DNA of 63,301 nucleotides, counting the filler, from Octopus bimaculoides (taxonomy: Eukaryota), in the NCBI RefSeq assembly GCF_001194135.2. It is 6 parts of 6 records of this genome, joined end to end, with 100 filler letters (N's around TTAATTAATTAA, not from the genome) between each part and the next. Parts side by side here need not be neighbours in the genome. Positions count along the whole stretch, not along the records: positions 4,997 to 26,058 come from NC_068987.1; 5 more parts are not named here. One strand, written 5' to 3'. The notes beneath the pieces were generated by a model. It was not told where the DNA came from. It made no database searches and saw only the letters and a list, made by a program, of their open reading frames with translations. Shown here piece after piece: positions 11,110-24,661 of the stretch (the first letter of the stretch is position 1; every line of letters starts with the position of its first letter). The position numbers and the translations under genes were made by a program.

Positions 11110-12329
11110 GTATATATATATAAATACGCTTGTATGTATATATACATGTATATATGTGCGTGTGTCTTTACTCAAAGAACTTGCAAGTATGAATGCATGT
11201 GAGATATAGAGAGAAAATATATTTTCATGACAGTATTTTCGCAAAAGAATTTAAACAATTCTCGTTAAATTGATTTTCCTTTTTCATTTTCTTTTTCTTT
11301 TTTCATTTCAATTTCTTCCTCAGGTATGTTTGTTGTGAACATGAAGATGTAATAATCTGTCTTCGAAACAATTGTGTACTCCGTATCAATTACAATTTGA
11401 GGCCAATTTTCTGCAATTACGCTGTTCGTGTTATGCAGAAATGTATGAGCATCAAAGAATCTCGCTCGCTACTCAATAAATAATCCAAAAATATATTGTG
11501 AATCGTTTTTTCTTTTCTTTATTTCGAATGAAAATATTGAAAAGAGTTTATCCTTCGCTGTTGTACAGATTATATCTATAAATTTTATACCATGCTGTTA
11601 TATAGTGTAAATCTTAAACGTTTGTGCCTCTTGAAATACCTTATATCTTTAGTGCATTTAGTGTCACTGATATATATATATAAACACATTATTTGCGTAT
11701 AGAATAACTTTATAGAGAGAAAATGAAGAATCTTCCAAAATAAGTTCTACTTCCCATTGTAGTTTCTTAGTAACTTGTTTAGGTACATCTTAACAGGAAC
11801 ACTTTTGGTATTGTCCATAACACAGTGTTGCTTTGGAACAAACGAGTTATCACCATACATGTTGAAAACGAAACAGAGCGTGAAATTTCTCATGAATATT
11901 TTTGTTACACTTCGAACATCTTCAAATAGCAATTAAAGCACTCTCAAATTATACACAACTGAAGAACATGCTGACATATATTCTTTCGATTAAAAAATCT
12001 AAAATGAACATGACCAGTACGCTCTTGTCCGAAGTTTTACCTAGTCTGAGTTTAAACAATAAATTTTCACGTATTTAAGAAATAGGACTTTTCACAAAAT
12101 CTAATTATTTTGGAATATATTCTGACTAATGGATGCAAGAGAAGCAGTTTGGAGACCATTATGACAACAACTCATTCAATAGATTGTCCATCCATTATAT
12201 TAAACTCTTAAGTTTCTTCGTATGCATGTGTATGTCTGTATGTGAATGTATGTACGCATGTATGTTTGTATGTATATATATATTGATATATGGAAATATA
12301 GAAATATATGTATGGAAATGTGCATATAG

Positions 12330-12330
<1 letters not shown>

Positions 12331-12400
<70 letters not shown>
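12331..12400. repeat. (AT)n microsatellite in a wider AT/CATA low-complexity tract
   Basis: Visible run. Confidence 0.95.
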
Positions 12401-12409
<9 letters not shown>

Positions 12410-13946
12410 ACTCATATACATACATGCATACATACATACATACATATATATTATATATACATATATATATATATATCCATGTAGACATGTACTCATACGA
12501 GGTACCTAGAGGAATTTCGACTTCTATATCCTCAACTTTGATAATTGTGTGTGAAATAGGTGCGGCAGAAATAGTGTTGTAGTCGTGTTTGCATATAAAC
12601 ACACATTCATCACATATTAGTAGATTAATGAGAGCGTCTATGTGAGTGTAAATGTGTGTAGGGGAGTTTATTTTTGTGCATATTTACATAATTCGGAAAT
12701 CCTATCATACGTTTGAACCCTTTCGACAATGAATTAACGGTCTGTTGCAGATGCTGAAAATGAATATCAGATTGAAGTAAATTTTGGAATCAGTATGATA
12801 AACCAAAAACCAGTGCCTCAACAGGCTGTAGTCCTGTGACTGACGTAAATATAAAAATATATGAATTGCTATCTGTTTGTGTGTGAATGTGTGTAATTGT
12901 GTGTGTGTGAATGTGTGTAATTGTGTGTGTGTGTATGTGTGAGTGAGTGTATTTCTGCGTGTTTTGTCCGCGTTAAAATAATAACTACATAATACATGAA
13001 ATATCTATTCTGATTGAATTAAATATAAAGACACGCTCTAAACGAACGTTCTGTGTCAACAGCGCTTTATCACTATTCATATGTTTATATGTGAAGAGCT
13101 ACGACAGATGTCTTGCGATATTTACAGCACTGAAAAAGGAGATCAAATGTCAGGTGCTGAAGGTGACTATGATGACATCTGTACAGAAGTGAGAGGTAAT
13201 AAAACGTAAATGAAAATGACAGTCTAATACCAATAACAACCATATTTAAACTTATATAGTATTATGATGTCACATGTACGTTGTTGATAGAGCATTATGA
13301 TATACTAAGAAAATCTCTTGGCACGATCATCTGTCAAATCCACGCACTCAACTTTCTCGCTTTTAGTACTTAACCAACGTTGGTATCTAACAAGATATGT
13401 TTTAATGCGATATTCCCAAAATTCCTTTTACCTCTATTACGTTTCATACATCTTTCAACAGAATACCTAGACACATATATCTCAATAGTAAATAGAAACC
13501 CTACTATTTTCGAAACAAAATGGCATTTGATGCATTCAGAAAACTTAATAATAATTACATTATACGTCAAATAACTTTTCGCATCGGATTAAATATACAG
13601 GCTCGCTGTAAACAAACGTTCTACGTCACAATGTATATGCTTATACGTGAAGGGCTGTGGCGGATGACATGCGATGTTTACAGCGTTGAAAAAGGAGATC
13701 AAATTTCAGGTGCTGAGATGACTCTAAGGACATGTGTACAGTAGAAAGTAAACAAAAATGTTTAGTGGACAAGGCATTTCTGTGATTCTTTTACATATTT
13801 CAGCCCTAAAGCTGTGGCCATGCTGGGGCACCGCCAGTAGGCAGTTTTTAATTATTTAATCCATTTAGGCATCATATCATGAAGAACTCCATTGTAATTG
13901 TAATGTATTTGAAACAATTAGGAATAATTAAAACTAGAAACAATAT

Positions 13947-14075
<129 letters not shown>

Positions 14076-14102
14076 TTCTCAACATTATCATTATTACTTT
14101 TT

Positions 14103-14297
14103 GAGGCGGTGAACTGGCAGAATTGTTAGCGGTATTTCGCCCGTCGTTACATTCTGAGTTCAAATTCCGCCAATGTCGACTTTAACTTTTATCCTTTAGG
14201 AGTCGATCAAATAAGTACAAGTTGAGCACTGAGGTTACGGTAATCGACTCATCCTTTCCCCCAAAATTGCTGCCTTAGGGGACCAATTTGAAACAGT
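14103..14297 (+). mobile_element. SINE family B (tRNA-derived head, conserved central domain)
   Basis: GGCGGTGAACTGGCAGAA head, GAGTTCAAATTCC B-box-like motif, GTCGACTTT..ATCCTTT..GTCGAT core, followed by a (TAT)n tail. Confidence 0.85.
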
Positions 14298-14308
14298 CAT
14301 TATTATTA

Positions 14309-14364
<56 letters not shown>

Positions 14365-15243
14365 TTGTTGCTGTTGTTGTAATTGGTGTTGTTTACAGTG
14401 CCGTCCTTATTTGTCTCAGGAGTTTCGATTTTCATTTCCAGTTACTTATCAATCACGCTGTCACATCATGCTTAATTAGAAAATCTTTATTATAATTATT
14501 ATCTCCACAATAACTTGTTGGCAGTTAATGATATAATGAGCAATTACCTCACATAGTTACAGGTTATCTTAATCTGCATTGCTATTTCACAAGAACTCTC
14601 AGTTAATACAACATTTAATTTGCGAGTTCTCTTACTCAACACAAATAGAAGGAATTAATATCTGCAGGAGCCGAATACCCGCACCGTTCTATTGGCAAAT
14701 GTGATACTGTATTAGCAACTCGCCAACACCTCCAGTGTTGCTGAGTTGATACCGCTACGACACAACCGATCCTGCATTTTTTTGAATCATTTGAAATTTG
14801 ACACCTTCAAAGTCATACAAGCTAGAGAAACATGTCATTATATCGACGCCTCGATAACATTAGAGACTCGACTCCCTTCACTCCAGAAATAAGTGCCTGC
14901 AGCTATGGCAACATGATTCCCCTATAATTGACACCCCTATGGCTATAACATATATTCACCCCTATAATTAGAGCAACCTGATGCCCCTATGAGTTCAAAA
15001 AACACCAGTCATCTCAATATATGGGTTGGTAAAGTTTAACGCTGCTTAAATATTCCGGCTGTAACGCATGTGATTTGGTTCGTAAAGAAATAGTTCAAAT
15101 AGAACATTTCTCATTAGAAGCAGCAGCGGTAGCAGCAGCAGCTTTAGTAATTAATATAGAAGGAAGCAAAATAAATATCTTCATTCTTTAAAATCAGATT
15201 TAAATTTAAAACATTGTCCTGTCAATAAAAGCGAAAGTAATAT

Positions 15244-15447
15244 TGATTTCAAATTTTGGAACAAGGCCAGCAATTTTAAGAGAGCGGGTAAGTCGATTAT
15301 ATCAATCCCAGTTCTCATCTGGTACTTTTCACATCGACCCCGATAGGATGGAAGGCAAAGTCAACCGCGACAGAATTTGAACTCAGAACGTAATGACAGA
15401 CGACATTCCGTTGATCATTTTTCCCAGTATGCTTACATTTCTACCTG
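15244..15447 (-). mobile_element. SINE family B, diverged
   Basis: Reverse complement of the family B core (ATCGACCCCGATAGGATGGAAGGCAAAGTC..AATTTGAACTCAGAACGTAA). Confidence 0.8.
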
Positions 15448-16027
15448 CCCGATGACTTAAAGGAAAGTAATATTCAAGAATCAATGACAGAGAAGATGAA
15501 AACACGGCTAAATTCGATTATAATCGTATTCTGTTACCTTAAAATTCAGAGATTCATTGATGTAGTTTTGTATATACAAATAGTTATTGGTATGCAAAAC
15601 GCTAGATGGTCAGATTTGGAGTTTATCAACGGAACAAACAATAAAGAGAACATTGATTTTACAATAAATTCAAAATATTCTACATTTGGTTTGCAAGATT
15701 CTTCATGTGAACACCTCTGTTGAAACATATTTTGCATGTCGTCATTATGCCGCTAATAAACACGCATTGGAATTAAAAAACATTTATAAAAAATACTAAT
15801 TATAGATTCATAATACTTTTTTTTACACATGCGATTTTAATATGAAATTATTTACCTTAGATGCTATACCCAGACCGATAATTGCTATTTCTTTTAATTC
15901 CAAATTTCTTTTCTCTTGTTTCTGTATTGATTCCTTTACATCAGTCTCTTTACTTGAATTATTTTATTGAATTATGACGAAATATTATACCTACGTTTTT
16001 CCCTTTGTTTTTTCTGTTTTTACTTTA

Positions 16028-16320
16028 TAGGATCAGCCATAGCTGTGTAGTTAAGAACCTCACTTAGTAACAACTTGGTTTTTGATTCAGACCCACTGTG
16101 CGGCACCTTGGGGATGTTTCTTCTATTATAGTACCAGTCCGACCAATGATTTGTGAGTAAATTAGGTTGACTGAAACTGTGGAAGCCCATCGTGTGCGTG
16201 TGCGTCTTTCTATTTGTGCTTGGCTTCCCACCGCTTAACATCGGTGTTGGTTTGTTTACGACCCGTAACTCGGGGATTCGGCAAGAGACACCAAGAGAAT
16301 AAGTACCAAACTAAAATTTA
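16028..16320 (+). mobile_element. SINE family A, diverged
   Basis: GCTGTGTAGTTAAG head, CCCACTGTGCGGCACCTTGGG, TTGTGAGT..TTGACTGAAACTG, CGGTGTTGGTTTGTTTACG. Confidence 0.8.
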
Positions 16321-18329
16321 GGTTCTAGGTACGATTTTGTTCCATTGAACGCTTCGTAGTGGAGACATCACATGGACGCAGTCAATCTTTCATATAGTTG
16401 TTACTTTATCTTACATATTGTTGTTGTTTCGTACTCAAGTCATTCTCACCGTGACCATGCCGTCGTTTTAAGGATAGCTTTATCAAATGTGTCCTTCCCG
16501 AGTTATGACCGAAGAATTTAGTCTGAGAGAAATTTGGTTGCTATTTTTAGTAGATTGTTTCAATGCAGTGTATTTTCCATATATTTAGCTATTTAATTAC
16601 TAGAGAAAGAAATTTTCTCACTGTTCTCGGTACATAACCTATTCACTGGGGAAATATATTTCCATGTTGAGAATGAATTTAACGTAATTTGTTCCGCGAG
16701 TTAGCTGTATCGAAATATGAATATTTATTAGCAATTTCTGATTATTTACACAAATATTTCATGTAAACATTTATGTAAATATTTTAGAATTTACGACTGT
16801 TGCACTATATTTCCCAAGTTTTGTTTTGTTTGCCTACGGTGTCTGAGTGCGTGTAAATAGAATGTATTGATTGCTTTGGTGTTTTAATTTCCATTGTATT
16901 TATGTGTTCTCTATTCAGTAGAGAAACTTCCCCTTATTAAGCCGTTTCATATATACACTTTTGTGTAGTTGTTTTGTTACCAAACGTTCAGGTAAGCTTT
17001 CAATGTTTTCTCTATAACATTATAACATTTTCCAGTGGACTTAATGTGCCCGATACAGTGGGAAACAAAAATGTATATTTCGCCTCCTTGTCACCGGTGT
17101 TTACATAAATTCGACAAATTCTCAGTTGTTTTGAACGAATTAATTCCGAGTGACATAACATATTTGAAATATGAATATTTTGTAGCACCGCGTAACAGCA
17201 ACATTAATTTAGAGCCTCAGAATTAAGTAAGCTCAGTCAAAAATTTAGTCAGAAAAGTCCCATTCTTTTCTGTTCTACTAGATTAGCTACTGTTTAACAG
17301 TTGAATGCTTTAAACTTTTCAGAATTTCAAAGGTTCAAAGTTTTGAAAAGAATAAGTGATTTTTAGAAGAAAATAAATATAAACACATATTATATATAAC
17401 TCTTTGTAAACTGTTATTGGTATTAATGAATTTAGGATATTTCAATCTGCAATCAAATCACTGCATATATTCGGCACATCCAGATTACATCGATGGTAGT
17501 TACCACGGTGTAGATATTTGACTGATGAGCCAAGATTGAAAAATCTTACGACGGACCAACACATCTTGCTTTTAAATAAACTGTATCGAATATTAACTTC
17601 ATTATCAAATGCACTGTTTTCTAAAATCAGTTGGGTGTCCTTTGAGGGATTTAGGCTAAAATTTCTAACATGTTGTGTGACAACCTATAAGTTCCCGCGT
17701 GGGCTCTCCAGAAAATCGTTGATATAAAATTTATATGCTGATATTATAATCTTAAAAGATCTTGTCCTTCACCGAATTCCATTCAAAGAATGTTGGGTAA
17801 GGTTTCTGATTAAAAGTTTCATAACTATTTTAATATTACCAAACTAAACATAAATTTATATCGTTGTATGACTCATTTTCAAATTCATCAAATCATTATA
17901 TGTGGAAGTAAGATTTGAAAAGGAATTCATTATCAATGACTTTTAGGTATGGTAATCTTGTTGAAATGTCGCTCATTACAAGTTACTCTAATGAAAATAG
18001 AGGGACACATTTAATACTATTTTAAACGAACGAAGTCGAAGAGAAGACAGAGATGTGCCCGATTGTGTTTAAACAAAAAAGCACGTCCAACAACAAATAA
18101 CAGCATCTTAATCTAGTTTTCTATATTTCCCAAGCATTTTAAATTAGTTTAGCTTAAGTCACACTAAACTCGTTACCATTTATTATATTATACATAGTTT
18201 TCTTATTTACGAGACTTTTCTGAAGTTATTTTTCTAACTTATATCTATAAGGAGTCAACTATATACAGCTTAGAGATTCATGACGCTTGTACTCAGAAAT
18301 GTCTCAATTAAGTTGTTATAATGTATGTT

Positions 18330-18526
18330 GGTTACAATTTTTGGCGCAAGGCCAGCAATTTCGGAAGAGGATGTAAGTCGATTGCATCGACTCCAGTACT
18401 CGAATTGTACTTATAGGCTGAAAACGGAAAGTTAACCTCGACGGAATTTGAACTCCGAACTCTAAGACGGACGAAATACCGTTAAGCATCTTGCCTAACA
18501 TATAATGATTTTACCAGCTCGCTGCA
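18330..18526 (-). mobile_element. SINE family B, diverged
   Basis: GGAATTTGAACTCCGAAC..GACGAAATACCGTTAAGCAT..CCAGCTCGC. Confidence 0.8.
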
Positions 18527-18588
18527 TCACTTGGTACAATTTATAGTACCTAATGTAATCTTCTTTTTATTTGCAAAGGATTAAGATG

Positions 18589-18793
18589 TCAAGCTAGCAG
18601 AATCGTTAGCACGTCGGGCAAAATGCTTTGTGGCATTTCACCCCTCGTTACGTCCTGAATTCAAATTGTGCAGAGGTCGACTTTGCTTTTCATCCTTCGG
18701 AGTCGATAAAATAAGTTGTACACAAGGGTCAATGTAATTGACTATCCCCTCACCCAACGTTTCAGGCCTTGTGCCTATAGAAGAAAATGATTA
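18589..18793 (+). mobile_element. SINE family B
   Basis: AGCTAGCAGAATCGTTAGCACG..GAGGTCGACTTTGCTTTTCATCCTTCGGAGTCGATAAAATAAG..GGCCTTGTGCCTATAG. Confidence 0.85.
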
Positions 18794-20697
18794 TATTTAC
18801 AGATGCTATAATGTGTAATATGTTTTCAAATCGTTAGAAGTTAGTTTCCAGGCATCGATATGTTGATAGTGTGTTAATAAATGAGAGAGAAAGCAATTAG
18901 TAGAATAAAGAAAGTAGTGAAACATACATGATAAAAAAAATATTATTCGTCCATTTTTACATTTTTCTTTTGTTATTGTTTTCTGATCCCCTAATTTATC
19001 TTTCTAATGATAAAACTATCTAGTTGGCTTCTTACCTGTCTCTTTTCTATTTGTCACTGTACCTTCTTTTGCGACATCTTTTTATATAAATCTCTTTGTA
19101 ATACTTTAGAAAGTGTTCACGAATAAAAAGTCAAATGAAAAAAACATGAAAAAGAAACAAAAAAACCTCTTTCATCTCAAACTCCCCGATATCAATATGG
19201 TTGAAAATTCAGCGAGGGATACATCTGATTTTAAAATGTCAAACAACACTGTATTTAAACAAATTAAGTGTATGTGTGATGGTGTGTTTTGGTGGAATTA
19301 ATATTTCCACTCCATTCCACATATACATGAACACATGTATGTATTCGTCGAAAATTACCTACCTACATACACACGCATATATAGTCACAATGACTAACAA
19401 CAGTATATAAATACTATATGTATATATATNNNNNNNNNNNNNNNNNNNNNNNNNNNNNNNNNNNNNNNNNNNNNNNNNNNNNNNNNNNNNNNNNNNNNNN
19501 NNNNNNNNNNNNNNNNNNNNNNNNNNNNNNNNNNNNNNNNNNNNNNNNNNNNNNNNNNNNNNNNNNNNNNNNNNNNNNNNNNNNNNNNNNNNNNNNNNNN
19601 NNNNNNNNNNNNNNNNNNNNNNNNNNNNNNNNNNNNNNNNNNNNNNNNNNNNNNNNNNNNNNNNNNNNTATATATATATATATATATACATACATATATA
19701 TATATATACATATATTATATTACACACACAGAGACACACAAACATAAACACACACACACATATACATACATATATGCACACTCACAATGCATAACAATAC
19801 ATAGTACATATACACTTTATGTGTGTATGTATTTCTCTAGCCTGCCTCTCTATCGTCATAGCTATTTATATACATAATGTAATGGCGTACTTGAATTTTA
19901 ATATACTTTCAAACCAAGTTATTACTACTACCATGCAAACATCTTTCATTGCAAACTTATATCATAGTTACTGTCTCATTCTAGAGACACCACACTGTCA
20001 ATGCTGGGAAACTAAGCATCCCCTCTTTTAGCCGGATATTCTTTTGCACCCCCAGCTACTACTCATACTTCAAAAGTTCCACATTTCGATTTACTTTGGG
20101 ACTGCTCTCCCATCTAGGGAGGTGCCATCATTTCCGTGCTAATATTCTTAGCCAGAGTCCAAAAGATTCCTGTCTGCCTCATAAGGGACCTCACTCTGTG
20201 AAAGTAATTCGAAAGGGGCTGTAAATGCTCTTCCTTTGTCTTTATATCTTCTGTTTCATAAGAGATTCGGTATCCCACTAGCTTCTAATAGAATTCACCC
20301 AAAAGAAACGCTTTTCAAGCTAAGCTCTTTTATCCAAACATTTTCATTTTTATAATCATAAAAGAGTTAGCGATTAGCTTTCTCCATACGGAACCACATA
20401 GGGATAATACAAGCCCATAGCCGTGAGCTCCATACCATAAACACTGCATGTTTGAAAATGAAATTATTATCAAAAACATGTTTCTGTGAAATCTCTGTCT
20501 TTCGGTCATTATAAAAATTATTCACATGAACGTTTATAATTCAGTATATATAAGCACACACACACGAACGCGCGCTCACACACACACTCACTCACTCACT
20601 CACACACAAACTCACACGCACAACTATATATATATAGGTATACACATATATAAAGCAAATACACATATATTTGGATACACACATGCATGTATATATG

Positions 20698-20741
<44 letters not shown>

Positions 20742-20751
20742 NNNNNNNNNN

Positions 20752-20803
<52 letters not shown>

Positions 20804-21362
20804 TATATACACAAACAAATACCTATCAAAATGTGCTAAAATGAAGAGGGCATAGTGGCCAGTGACCTCAATTTGGATAACAAATACAAATATATACTCA
20901 ATCTACTAAATACCGTACAGGGTATACCCTGTGTTGAACTTATCCTCGCTTCGGATGGAAATTAATCTCCTAGCGGCAGTTGCAGCCAGCTCTGAATGAC
21001 GATTGGAAATGGTGTCACGTAATCAAGATAGTGTTAAATTTAGCCTTATACAGAGAATGCGATAGCACCAAATTTATCATTTAATCTTCATGCGGAGCGT
21101 GCCTCTGTTTATGTTTCTATGATCGTTGTTTTAAAATATTACGGCAGTTATCAGTAAGGATTTTAAGCAAAATATGATGAAACAAAAAAAAATGTATCAT
21201 AAAAGAAAACTAGGTCTATAACTGTCATAGTACTTGAATTACTGTTTTGTTGGTTGCTTACATTTCTATTAAAACAGAGAATTTCGCAGACTTCTGAATT
21301 TATATTTTATATTGTTTAGTATATCATTATATTACACAGTGGGTTACATATATTCATGTGAA

Positions 21363-21842
21363 GGCGGTGAGCTGGCAGAAACGTTAACACGCAGCGTGAA
21401 ATGCTTAACAGTATTTCGTCTGTCTTTACGTTCTTATTTCTTTATTGCTCACAAAGAGCTAAACATAGAGGGGACAAACAAGGACAGACAAAGGGATTAA
21501 GTCGATTACATCGAGCCCAGTGCGTAACTGGTACTTAATTTATCGACCCCCAAAGGATGAAAGGGAAAGTCGACCTCGGCGGAATTTGAACTCAGAACGT
21601 AACACCAGACGAAATACAGCTAAGCATTTCGCCTGGCGTGCTAACGTTTCTGCCAGCTCGCTGCTTTCGCTAACGTTTCTGCCAGCTCACCGCCTTTGCG
21701 TTCTGAGTTCAAATTCCACCGAGGTCCACTTTGCCTTTGATCCTTTCGGGGGTCGATAAATTAAGTACCAGTTGCGTCTGAGTCGATCTAACCGACTGGC
21801 CCCCTCCCCTCAAATTTCGGGCCTTACGCCTGGAGTAGAAAA
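21363..21842 (+). mobile_element. SINE family B host copy interrupted by an antisense family B copy
   Basis: Head at 21363-21434 resumes at 21695 (TTTGCGTTCT|GAGTTCAAATTCC). Confidence 0.85.
21435..21694 (-). mobile_element. SINE family B (longer-tail variant) nested in the host SINE
   Basis: Full reverse-complement copy; 10-bp direct repeat TTTACGTTCT / TTTGCGTTCT on either side. Confidence 0.88.
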
Positions 21843-24661
21843 GTATATATATTTATGTACCATCTTAGCTATTTTTTGTTATACATACCTACACACACAC
21901 ACACACACACACACATACATCCACATAAACATCGTCATATATACATGCATGTTATATATGTATATATGTATATACATGCATACATATACACACACGTACA
22001 CTGTCACATATACTTACCTCAACGCCCGTACTTCTATATGACCCGTATTTATTGGGTAAAACTTTTCATACAAAGCCTCTTGCGATGTTTGAAACGATAC
22101 CAGAACTCATTATCCACAACTTTCCTAAAAATTCTATTCTTAATCAAATTATCTAATTAAACTTTCAGTGTTATTGTCTTTGTCAACATTAATGAGAACA
22201 TTAACCTAATTAGTGTTTCTTTTTGCAACAAGTTTACTTTTAATTAAGTATACTCTTTTGGTTTACTCTGTTATATATGTCAGTACTGATCTTAAGACAT
22301 GGCGAGCATGCAAAAGTATTTTCATAAATTTCGGCGATTATATGTTCACATTGTTTACAAGATCAATAGAATCATTCTGATCGATAATTAGTTTTCTCAA
22401 GCTATCGGTTTCCTATCACATAAATAACCAAATGCAAAACCATACGTTAGTGTAACGAGAGATATTCAAAATGTGTAAAATTAGCAAATTACCTTTAAAG
22501 TATATACATTCACATTCAGTTTCGCTTAATCTCAGACTACCTCTATTTATGTCTTAGGCGATACTACTTCTTCGCTTGGGGGCGTCGACACAACGAACTT
22601 AAACACTCTTAAGAAAAGAATGAACTTTATACTATTGATTCTAACTTTGTTTCGTATTGGACAAAACTTCGCCGGATTTATGAGAAAAATCTTACAAGTA
22701 ACAATGTAATTGGATATAAGCATATATTTTTCTACTGATTGGTCTGCAACACTTTAGTCCTCAAATTTTGAATATAAATGCAAATGAGTAAATTCAATGT
22801 GAAGGTTTTTTTAAATGATAATCATGTTATTAATAACATTTCAAATTGTTGTATGAAATTTAGTTTTATACATTATAGTAAACCAATTAGCAGAAAGAAA
22901 ACACTTTATTTGGAAGCCAAACTGTTACTTACGAGCAATAAATTTTATTTAAAAGTCAGTAACACACTCTTCAAAAATATTTGTGTAAGGAAATTGACCT
23001 TCATCCAAAATAACAAAGAAATGCTACTGTAAATAGGTTGTTTTCTTAAAATACAATATAATGGTTCTAGTTTCTAATGTATTCATCTATGTTTCTTGAA
23101 TATAAAGAATAATTTCTTGTTACGGAAGTTTTCACTGTCATTCCTTGCAATATTTTATGCAATGTAGATTTCATTATATCGCTTTTCAAGAAATCATGCG
23201 AAGTAACTTCCCATTCGATTTATTTTCGACAAAACGCCTACATTCTTCAGCATGCTCTGTTTCACTTATTGTTGTTGAGATGCATTATTTTCTAACACAA
23301 CGAACTTTCGAAGGTTAGCTTCAATAATTTTATTAGCAATAGAACGGAAATCTAGTTACGCCGTATGTTTAAATAACCACAGCGACATTCAAATAACATT
23401 TTTTCGACCTTTTTAAGCTTCAGCATAACCCAGGGGTCATCTGTAGGCTTTCGAATGAAGGGGAAAATACTTACATTCATCAAACGATGAAGAAATAGTC
23501 TTAAAAGAAATTATTTTGACTTGTGTTTGAAAAGTGATAATTACAGTAAAAAGAACTGTGCATTTGAACAATTGGAAGAACAAAGTAAAATTTGAATTAA
23601 TGCGGAACAGAAAATGAAAAAGCAGTGATTGATTGTAGTGAAATTATATTCAATGATTGAAATGTGAAATGCTTCTCCGTCTCCTATTGCGTGCTGGGGA
23701 AAATTGCCAATGATTCAATTCTATGCAAGGACAATGAAAATGCGGTAAGAAAGACCTCGCATTTGATTTTATTTAAAAGGCGAAATTGTAAGAAAAACAA
23801 TGGGATGTTAGCAAAGAAGCGTTAACTTTTGGACAGCAGGGTGGTAAAGTGGTGTCTTAGCAAACGGCAGCTATTCACACAGCTGACAAAGAAGTAAGGC
23901 TAGGAAGTAACCGCCTAATTGTAGCTGGTTAACAAAGGGAAATAGAATGAATGTCTTTGAGGTTGAATGACTTAGAAACAGGTGATTGTCTAATTTAAGT
24001 GAAATCATAATAGAAAGTAGAAGTTGTTAGAGCGGTGATCAACTGTGGACACAATGCTGCGTTTGAAGGAGTTGTTATTTAATTAAAGTTTGAGAACAAT
24101 CGTTGCTAAATCTCAAAGAGGCTGCTGATTGTGAAGAGACAGAGATACGATAATGAAAACAACTTAAAAAGGAGAACTTCTAAAGAAGAAATAATTGCAA
24201 TTCGTTGAGATATTCAACGGTGACTTTATTTATCATGAATATGTCTACTATAAGAGAAAAGAAGTGTTACGCTGAAGCTATCTACCAATAGTAAATTGTA
24301 AATTATTCTTGTTAGGCAGTTAAAGGTATTTGAGTAATAGACCAAACTTATTTCAAATTTACTTAATAAATTAATATTCTGGTTAAAGCTTAACTTGATG
24401 ACGTAGTTTGGTACTACAAGCGAAAGTTATGCATACTATCAAGCTAATTTATTTAATAAAAGCAAAACCAAACGTTTAAATAAAATATTATTTTCCTTTA
24501 ATGTGTGTTTTTCTAGGAATAAATTTAGCAGTTCTATTGATTTAGTAGTTCTATATTGTAAAAATAATTTGTTTTTTGAACCAAAAGGGAGCATCTCTTT
24601 GGCGATTCGATCCACTGGAAGAACTTCCAACTTCTCGTCAAAGTACTTTGATAATATTATT

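Noticed and set aside
16992-17035. 44-nt GT..AG mini-intron
   Set aside because: Very short and flanking frames are not convincingly coding.
22558-22697. Possible 140-bp exon (TTAG|GDTTSSLGG..KILQ|GTAAC)
   Set aside because: Weak splice sites and no recognisable homology; expected by chance.
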